From Lytechinus pictus (taxonomy: Eukaryota), in contig NC_087252.1 in assembly GCF_037042905.1 (NCBI RefSeq), positions 12,650,001 through 12,710,000 of the forward strand: a stretch of DNA of 60,000 nt, given 5' to 3'. A program made the position numbers and the translations under genes. Below are positions 51,648 through 60,000 of this stretch, piece by piece; the first letter of the stretch is position 1; each line of letters starts with the position of its first letter. Below the pieces are notes generated by a model, which ran no database searches, had not been told where the DNA came from, and was given only the letters and a program-made list of their open reading frames with translations.

Positions 51648-53829
51648 GTAGGTTAAATGTAAACTATTATTATAAATAATTCACCATGATCGAAATGGGG
51701 ATGGGGGTGAAATCTGTACCAAGGATAATGCTAAATGAAAAAGGCAAAAACAAATCCCTATCTTGACTGGACATTTCTCCGCAATAAAGACACCTCATTG
51801 ATGGGGGGTGGTTGTGCTCATCGTCCAAGGTGTACTGTATGAAAGCGTATATTTTGCTTTCATTGATTTAATTAATTGCGTATTTTAATTTCATGATTCA
51901 TTGATTTGGGGGAAAACAGTCAGTTCACACTTTTTTTAGATTACATCATGGCAATTTGCCAATTATAATGGTCTCAGAAGTAAGTCACTATCCCTCTATC
52001 ATATCATCATGTCGGTGCAAACGTCCTTAGCAGCAGGCATAAGGGCATTTCTGCACCGATTGGGTGCACAAAAATGTTTTGCTAAGGGCGTTCTTGCACT
52101 GAAAGGACCAAATTTGAACTAACCCAAGCTATGTATAGTTATGGGCTTGCATTATTTCCTATATTATTTTTTTATGAACAGGTTGATTATCAGAACTGAA
52201 TTCAGAGCTGCTCCTGTCTGTAGTAACATCATTATTAGAGTGGACTTCAGAATAAGGGTTTTGCTGCTTTAAAAACTTCACTCCATGGAGCTCTCCAAAT
52301 TTATCTCAAATTAGACTGCTTCTGAAAACCAGATTTGTTCCTTCAAGCAGAGACACTTGGGGCTTTCCTGACTGGACTTCTATGGATTCTTCATGCCAAC
52401 CTTAAGAACTGTGGTATTCTGCATGATACACGTCAATTTCAAACAAGACATTCTGTGGTGAAACACTTGATGTAGATGAAATGAAACTGTATTACTGAAT
52501 CTCAGAAGTAATTCCTCAGAAGCATGAAACAATGAAAAATTGAAATAAAAGGTCTATCAATAATGAATTTCTTGAGCTGTGTTCTTTTCTCTTCTTTTCC
52601 TTGGTCTGAGACACTGTACAAGAATCTATGGGAAGTTCTCTCAAGCTGCCTCATGACTCGGAAGAATCAGCCTCGACCTCATCCCTGTATGCAAATGTGA
52701 TATATATCTACGATGCAATCTCATGATTAAAGAGAGAGAAACGAGAGCTTCAGATTTTGAAGTGTAGCAATCTCCTGAAATTTATGTTTTATTTGAAAAT
52801 CAAACTGAAATAACTAAATTAGGCATGTTATTCATTATGATATTTATGAATGAAAGCATTGAAGCAATTTGGTGCTCTTGCAAAACAAATTCTGAATTGT
52901 TTTTACTGCAAACCCTCAGAAATATTTATAAGAATTTGCCAGTGCATGAAGTGTTTTGATAAAGAGTGGCTTTTGTGCCTATGGAGAGTTATTATTTCTT
53001 TAACATTTTTCATACAAATTATTTCAGAAATCAGAATTTGAATATTCCATGACCTCTGATAGCAAGAGCAGAATATTTTTGGTGATTGACACACCTTAAA
53101 ATGATATTAGGAGAAAATGTATTGAAGTATTATGAAAATAATGGCATAATTGCAGTAGAGGCCTATGAAGATTGAAAATAACAGTATTTTAAGTTTTTCT
53201 TGAAAAAAACCTATGGAAAATTGAAAAAAAAATGGCATAATCCAGTTTTCAAAACAAAATACAAAAAAAAAATTGTGCAAAATTAGTACACAAGCGTATG
53301 GACAATCAATTGAACGTAAATCGAGCGCAAATTTTGCGCGTCCTCCAAAATCTTACATAAGTTACGTTCGATTTGCAATCAATTGCAAAGCTTGCACTTG
53401 ATGTACGTTCAATTGATCAAACGCAACTTGTTCTTGCAACAGGATTGAACGTAACTTGCGTTCAATTGCAGATTTGCGTTTTATCGGAGGACTTACGCTC
53501 AATTTTGGGAGTTGCGTTCAATCGCAAGTTTCTTGCAATACCCCATAAGAAAACATCCGAAAAACAAACTTTAAACAATAAGGTACACTTTCACCTGAAA
53601 AGTTCCATAATTCACTGATAATTATTTAAATACACGTCATTTTTGTGCTTAGGACTACCCTATGCTTTCATGGTTTATTATTTTAGCCTTCAAACAACAA
53701 TAGTGTTGATTTTGTTCACCTAATTGGGACTATGTTTAGGTGATGGAAGTCTTTTTATACTCATTTTAAAAGCCATCCTTGAATAATGGGCAAAACGAAC
53801 AGATTTATACCATCGAAACTAATCCAAAA

Positions 53830-54760
53830 GTATTATTTAACCCTTGAAACCATAGTTTAGACACCAAAATCATATCTCCCAGATGGATTCTAAATGGATT
53901 ATGTAAATATTTAAGTATCAGCAGCCATTTTAGACTCCTTAATCATGTTAATTGGAAGCAATCTTGGATTTTTAGACATACAGGACCATTGATTGCCCTT
54001 GTAACGTTTCCTAATGTATTCTTGAACATTTAGAACAAGGGTTAGACAACATAATCATATACCCCAGGTGGATAATGAACAAACTATGTCACTTTTTAGG
54101 TAACTTGCTATTTTAGACTCCAATTTTGGAAGTCTTTTTGGATTATTGGACATGCTGGACCTCTGACTTTCCTTCTAACTTGTCCTAATTTATTACTTGA
54201 CCCTTTAAACCATGGGTTAATCACCAAAATCATATACCCAGGCTGATATTAAACAAACTATGTCAGTTTTTCGGTCAGAACGGCCTTTATACATGTAGAC
54301 TCCATCATTGGAAGCCATTATGGATTTTAGGACATACTGGAACCACTAAATGACCTTGTAACTTGTTCCAATCTAATACTTGACCCTTTAAACCATGCGT
54401 TATACAAAAAAATCACATTTTCCAGGCGGTTATTAAACAAACTGTGTCGGTTTGTAATTAATGACAGACATTTATACTCCATTTTTGCAAACCATCTTGA
54501 ATTTTTGGACATGGAGGACCATAGACTGTCTTTGTTACTTGTTCCAAAGTATTTTTGACCCATCAAACCATGGGTTAGACACCAACATCATATCCCAAGG
54601 AGGATATTAAACAAACTATTTCGGGTTTTAGGGTTTATATATAATGAGAGCTATTTTACCCTCTAATTTTGGAAGCCATCTTGAATTTGTGGACAGTGGA
54701 CCGTTGACTATCCTTGTAACTTGTCCCAGTTTACTTCTTGACCATTAAAATCACCAATGA
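53830..54760 (+). repeat. Degenerate ~180-bp tandem array (~5 copies) in the Academ-like right arm
   Basis: ttagacaccaaaatcatat-like anchor at ~53858, 54042, 54218, 54401 and 54575. Confidence 0.8.
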
Positions 54761-55659
54761 ATAAAACCCAAATAAAAGACACTAAAATAGGTAATAGATG
54801 AATTGTTAATTTTTAGGCCATGGCAGTAATTTTAAAGCAATCTTGGATTTTCAGGTAACCTGGTGTGCTTATGTTCACTCTATAATTTTACCCCCTACAC
54901 CATTTTAATTATCAGTTAATGGCGGCCATCTTAGGCGCCATCTTAAAAATAACCACTTTCCTAGATCCGGATTTTAGTGAATTCTTAGTATGTTATTTCT
55001 GAGATCAAATAGTATCAAAAACCGTTGACAAACATTTTTGTTACAAGTTTTGTGGGTCAGAATAGAGCAAAAAAACGGTTCAGAATGGCGGCCATATTGT
55101 TTTTGCTAATTTGAGGATTTTAACATCCCTTCAAGGTTGGCAAACAGCAAATTTAGACTCAACGCCATCAAATTATGCTAAAACACTTCTCAATTCAGCA
55201 TTAAAACGATTTGCCTAAGGCATTCTACTTTTCTCAAATCTGAACCTGACTATGAATAATTGATCCCCTCAACAAGTACAACGATATCTTGATTATGTCA
55301 CGGGCGTGATCACGGACGTCGGCTTTACCTTTACTTTAATTGGTTTTAGTACCACCCCACACACCTCGTTCAAATTGGGTCAAAAACACGTAGTGATGGA
55401 GCAAATAGTACATCCTTTAAAAGTGTTTTATTCTTATATACCCCGCAAATTGGACCGTAAACACATAGTTTTCCTAGCGAAATAGATGCCCTTCTTCATT
55501 ATTTCAGGGGTTTTGACACCCTTATTTCGTTACGTACGTAACGTTCCCTATCTTGAAAAAACAATCCCTTTTACATGTTTTTATTTTTGGCACGTAATGT
55601 ATCCATTCGTCAATGGAAGTGCCCCGACGGGGATAGTTTTGAATGTCCATCTCTAATAG

Positions 55660-56098
55660 GTCCATGGGTCCATTCAGGCCCAATTCAGGCAATTCTGGTT
55701 GATTTTTGGGGAAATTCGGTGGCTTACTCAGTGCATTCGGCCACATTCGTTCTAATTTGGATCGACATTCGATTGGTCATTCAGCTATAATCGGAGCATT
55801 TTGGGCCACATTCGGCTGGATTTTGGTCACATTTTGCTTGAGTCTTGCCACACTTCGGGATTTACATACGGCTTTGATTGGGATGGCCAATATTCATTCG
55901 GGTCAATGCTTGGCGATTCTGCACTGATTCGGGAGCTATTTTGGAGCTATTCGTCTCTGATTTGGAGAGCTCCCTGAATTCCATTGAGAATATTCACGAC
56001 TTCTGAATTTTCTCGCATTTGCAGAGGCAAAACAGAAATCACCCGAATACGTATTCGGATGGATTCGCACCTGATTCGGTTCCGGTGTTACCCTAGCT
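55660..56098. mobile_element. Terminal part of a Harbinger-like MITE (attcgg-rich)
   Basis: Ends ggtgttaccctagct|TTA, the same TIR family as 25520. Confidence 0.55.
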
Positions 56099-56310
56099 TT
56101 AACCGATGAATAACAATGAAACAGCTCGAAGACAACAAGTATGAATGTACAAGGTCAAGCGCTTCTTTTTAGATCAAAGAAGACAAAAATAATACCTTGT
56201 AAGTTAAAGTCAGTAATCTTTAAAAACAGATTACATTCGGCTGGGGTACTGTTTCCTTTTATTATCATGTTATTTTTACTGTTATCAGTGTAACAGCGTA
56301 TCAGTGCATC

Positions 56311-56420
56311 TACCCCCTAGACATCTACCCCCGGACATCAACCCCCTGGACATCCACCCCGGACATCCACCCCGGACATCTACCCCCCGTACATCTACCC
56401 CCTGTACATCTACCCCCCAC
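56311..56420 (+). repeat. 14-15-bp minisatellite (ggacatc(t/c)acccc), probably a transposon subterminal repeat
   Basis: About 7 visible tandem units. Confidence 0.8.
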
Positions 56421-56779
56421 GCCCGGACGCGTGTTTTTTCCCGTACCGCTAACGCGTCATATTCTCTAATTTAATGCCAAAGAGCGACTTGAGAAGAGGC
56501 CGTTATCTGTCTACGAATGCCTCAGCTATCTCGATCTCTCTCGCGCGCTAGTACCTTAGCTAGCTACATGTAGGCCTATCTTCGAGTTCGACTACGTCTA
56601 CGTCTCCGATCAGTAGGCCTGCGATTATCACTTGAAGCTTGTCGTAGCCATGATGACGTCTACGTCGAGAAACTGTGAATGTGGTGAAGGGGTAACAATA
56701 ATTGATATAGAAATGATGGTGGTAAGATTGAAGTATAGCAATATGTACTGGTGGTGTAATACAGATTGAATGAAAATCA

Positions 56780-57132
56780 ATTGAAATCCAAGATGGCCGC
56801 CATGATATATTATTGCAATCAATTTCTCGAGTTTTATATGAACTGCAGTATTGAAATTTGGCATATAGGCTTAATTTGGGGTGCTGATTTCAAAAATTGC
56901 CGGCCCCAAGCGATTTGACCATCAGGTCGGCCGCCATTTTGAAATCCAAGATGGCCGACATGAAAACTCATTTAATGTCATTTTCTTGAGTTTTACATGA
57001 TATGTGACACTGAAATTTGGCATATAAGGGTATTTTGAGGCACTGATGTCAAATATTGCCGGCCCCCAGCAATTTGACCTCCAGGTCAGCGACAAAACGG
57101 CCGCCATCTTAAAATCCAAGATGGCCGCCATG
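56780..57132 (-). repeat. CAAGATGGC-rich ~160-170-bp repeat units, inverted relative to 59626-60000
   Basis: The reverse complement of 56780-56962 matches 59626-59806 closely. Confidence 0.8.
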
Positions 57133-58181
57133 AAAGATAATTTGCTTAAGTCTTACGTACGGCCTGTAACACTTTAGATTTGGAGAAAAACTTGATCTTT
57201 GCATCCTTGATCAATGAAAAGAACATAATAAATAGATGCTATTTTGAATTCCAATATGGCTACCAAGTTTGAATGATGTACAACATTATAATGGTGAGTA
57301 ATACTTATTGTATAGGCACTGAAAACGAATCCAACACAAGCACATCTTTGTCCATTGCAAGGATTACAATACTTTGGCACCCTTAATTGCTGATATAGAT
57401 GTTACTTAAGTATGAAGCACCATACATACACAAACCAGCTAGCTTCTTCTGCAGTTACACATTTGAAGTGGCTTGGTTGAATAATAACCATCCGGAACAA
57501 TAATTTTCTGTTGAGAGGCTGTAAATTATTTCTTCATATGATCTGCAGTATTGCACTTTGACATATCGACGGAGTGTGGGGTGCTTATTTAAAATATTGC
57601 TGGCCCTCGGTGATCTGATCCCGAGTCAGAAGCAAAATGTCAGCCATCTTGAAATCCAAGATGGCTGCCATGAAAAAAAATCATTGAAAAAAATCATTTT
57701 ATCTAATATCACATAACATATTATTTTAAAGTTTGGCATCTAGGGATATTGAAAATGCCCCCAGTAATCTGTCCAATAGATATGCTGCAAAATGGCCACC
57801 ATCTTGAAATCTAGAGAGGATCTACTGTCATGAAAATTCATCAAAATCATTTCCTTGGTTTTAAATAATTTGAGGCACTGCATTTTTAGACATACAGGCA
57901 AGTTTTTGGCCTGCTGGTTTGAAAATATTGCTCCAATAATTGCAATATTCTATTACAAATCAACATGAGGAAAACTGCTCCAGACTTGAAGTACTGATGG
58001 TTATAGTGGTATGATGATGATGATGAAATTAATATTAATGATGGATGATAATAATACACATTTTATTGTTCAAAATAGAATTCAGTAACATAAATGCTCC
58101 GAAAATTTATTTTGCCCATACCCTGTAGATCGTGAGCCCGACAGCAATTTAGCAGCGCCACATCAGACGTTGCTCTGTCCC

Positions 58182-58648
58182 TTAAAAAGGGGAGTTCACC
58201 CCGGAGAAAAGTTTGTCGTAAAAACAAAAGAAAATATGATATAAAAATGATATTGGTGGATCCATCAAAGATATTAGAATTTTAAGTTTTTGATTTGTGA
58301 CGTCATATAGGCTACTGTACGAGCAGCTGCCCCATTATGTTGTGTGATACAAAATGCATAAATGTTTCATCATGGGTATTTTTCTGGAGCGGGTGTGAAA
58401 TCATTTGTTTGTTGATATACCGAGGCTTCAATAAAAACATTTTCATTTTTTAGGAGGCTACAGTTCATTGATTTTGTACTATAAGAAACATGGGGGAACT
58501 TCTTGCATCTGACGTCATATATAGACCAAATGAAATTCCAAAAGTTTTTTAAATAGTTGATGGAATTTCCTCAAACCTTCAATTTTTTTTCATTATTTAT
58601 TCTGTTATTTTTTCAATAAACTTTTTGTCAGGTTAAACTTCCCTTTAA
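58182..58648. mobile_element. Diverged copy of the 3246-3750 Kolobok/Angel-like MITE
   Basis: ttaaaaaggggagttcacc...gttaaacttccctttaa, sharing the internal gatttgtgacgtcata and cgagcagctgcccca motifs. Confidence 0.8.
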
Positions 58649-59625
58649 TTCGTTGACCGCAAAACAGGTTAGAAGGAACTCCCCTCTTTTAACATCTTTT
58701 GGTCTGATGCTGTCGGAGCTTGAACTCCCGATCTCCCGATCGAGATTGTCGAACACACGATGGCTATCCAAAAATGCCAAATTTCAAAATAATAACTACG
58801 TTATAATTACGATACCTATTTTTTAATGATTTTTTTATGGCAGCCATCTTGGATTTCAAGATGGCTACAATAAATTGGATGAACATTACTGAATTCGAGA
58901 GAAGTCTATGGAGATCACAGGGAAATCCCAGTTGTGGGCGATTCCATTAAACTTAAAACACGTGTAGAAAGCAACTCTGACGCCAGAAGAAAGCTTATTT
59001 TCTTCTCTTTCGACTGATGATACATATATTTTGATTGCTTGAAAACACTTGGTTATTTACCATCTAATCAAAAGACACATAACATAATTTCACACAAGAC
59101 CACAATAATATATGCATCTGCGTAAGCCCGTTTTTATACAGTATTCAATGGGGCTTCCGCAATGTGCCCGTACCGCACGTTCCAGGCACAAATTTTGTTT
59201 TTCATTTTTAGCCATCGAACCCATGACGAGAAACATTGTTTAGCTCAAAATTTTACATTTTCTTGTCGCAAAATTATGAATTCCACGATATATAATTTGC
59301 AAGCGTTCAGTTGTTGAAATCTATCATATGCAATATAGCTCCCATCTTTTTGCCTGTAAAACGGGAAATCTACGCAGTTTCAGACTCGTAGCAAGGATTG
59401 GCGATAGTACCATGACAAATCTGTGTGGTGGAATAGTGTATTCCATGGAGGGTGAAATCAAGCTCATACAACAACGGTCACCCTTCGCAGCCATTGTTCA
59501 CCCGACATGTATATCTACCATGCACCCCTATCGACGTGTCTTTATGTATTTGTGATACGCTTAAGTGCACTCGAAAGTTTGCAGTGAAAGGGAGAAGAAA
59601 TTTGGGGTCTTATTTTTCGATATGC

Positions 59626-60000
59626 ATGGCGGCCATCTTGGATTTCAAAATGGCGGCCGACCCGATGGTCAAATCACTTGAGGCCGGCAATATTTAAAAT
59701 CAGCACCCCGAATTAAGCCTATATGCCAAATTTCAATACCGCAGTTCACATAAAACTCGAAAAAATGATTGCAATAATATATCATGGCGGCCATCTTGGA
59801 TTTCAAGATGGCGGCCATTTTGCCTCTTACCAAATGGTCGAATCACGTAAAACTCAAGAAAATTACATTAATGATTTCTCTTGGCGGCCATTTTGGATTT
59901 CAAAATTTTGGATTTCAAAACGGCGGCCGACACGATGGTCAAATCGCTTGGGACCGGCAATATTTGAAATCAGCACCCCGAATTAAGCCTATATGCTCGA
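59626..60000 (+). repeat. CAAGATGGC-rich repeat units, continuing past the window edge
   Basis: Repeated ggcggccatcttggatttcaa(a/g)atggcggcc and cagcaccccgaattaagcctatatg. Confidence 0.8.

Larger units (their letters stand above)
47286..53545. mobile_element. Harbinger-like element remnant (~6.3 kb) nested in the Academ-like element
   Basis: tga|tggggcgttgcaagaaa...tttcttgcaatacccca|taa. Both ends carry ttgcaa/ttgcg-rich subterminal repeats (47290-47450, 53300-53540). Confidence 0.6.
45979..55252. mobile_element. Old Academ-like element (~9.3 kb including nested insertions)
   Basis: taa|TAGtcaggtcca...tgaacctgaCTA|tga. Diverged inverted ends align over ~130 bp (ttaggca, ttaatgctga, gtttgcca, cttga blocks). 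Subterminal repeats are rich in gccatcttgga. Confidence 0.6.

Noticed and set aside
56628..56864. Duplicated MPNFNTAVHIKLEK ORFs (also 59723..59986) as a small gene family
   Set aside because: They are translations of the inverted CAAGATGGC repeat and diverge exactly where the repeat ends.

Overview
AT-rich, repeat-saturated eukaryotic DNA, most likely from a marine invertebrate. The repeat families suggest an echinoderm or sea urchin, but this is inference only. There are no prokaryotic operons, CRISPR arrays, rRNA genes or intact tRNA genes. Recognisable coding sequence is almost all retroelement-derived: a decayed CR1-group LINE (13.8-16.6 kb), a 5'-truncated Penelope-like element with an open RT+GIY-YIG frame (18.3-20.6 kb), an L2 LINE 3' half (32.6-33.7 kb) and a HERO-like RLE non-LTR element (47.9-49.6 kb). 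Non-autonomous DNA transposons with readable TIRs and TSDs are abundant (Kolobok/Angel-like, Harbinger-like, hAT-like, Academ-like, Crypton-like, foldback), often nested. Four short minus-strand exon candidates suggest the window is mostly large introns of one host gene running off the left edge. The most notable structures are: (1) a perfect 107-bp-arm palindrome centred on a hammerhead-like core, inserted in a LINE; (2) a 5.7-kb Academ-like element with ~1.2-kb TIRs enclosing a ~210-bp satellite that flips orientation; (3) a Crypton-like element with 6-bp terminal direct repeats and a ~185-nt hairpin; (4) a variant minimal hammerhead at the Penelope 3' end; (5) a Pol III B-box bracketed by a perfect 33-bp inverted repeat within (TA)n. 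I see no clearly new protein-coding system. Superfamily labels rest on terminal motifs read by eye.
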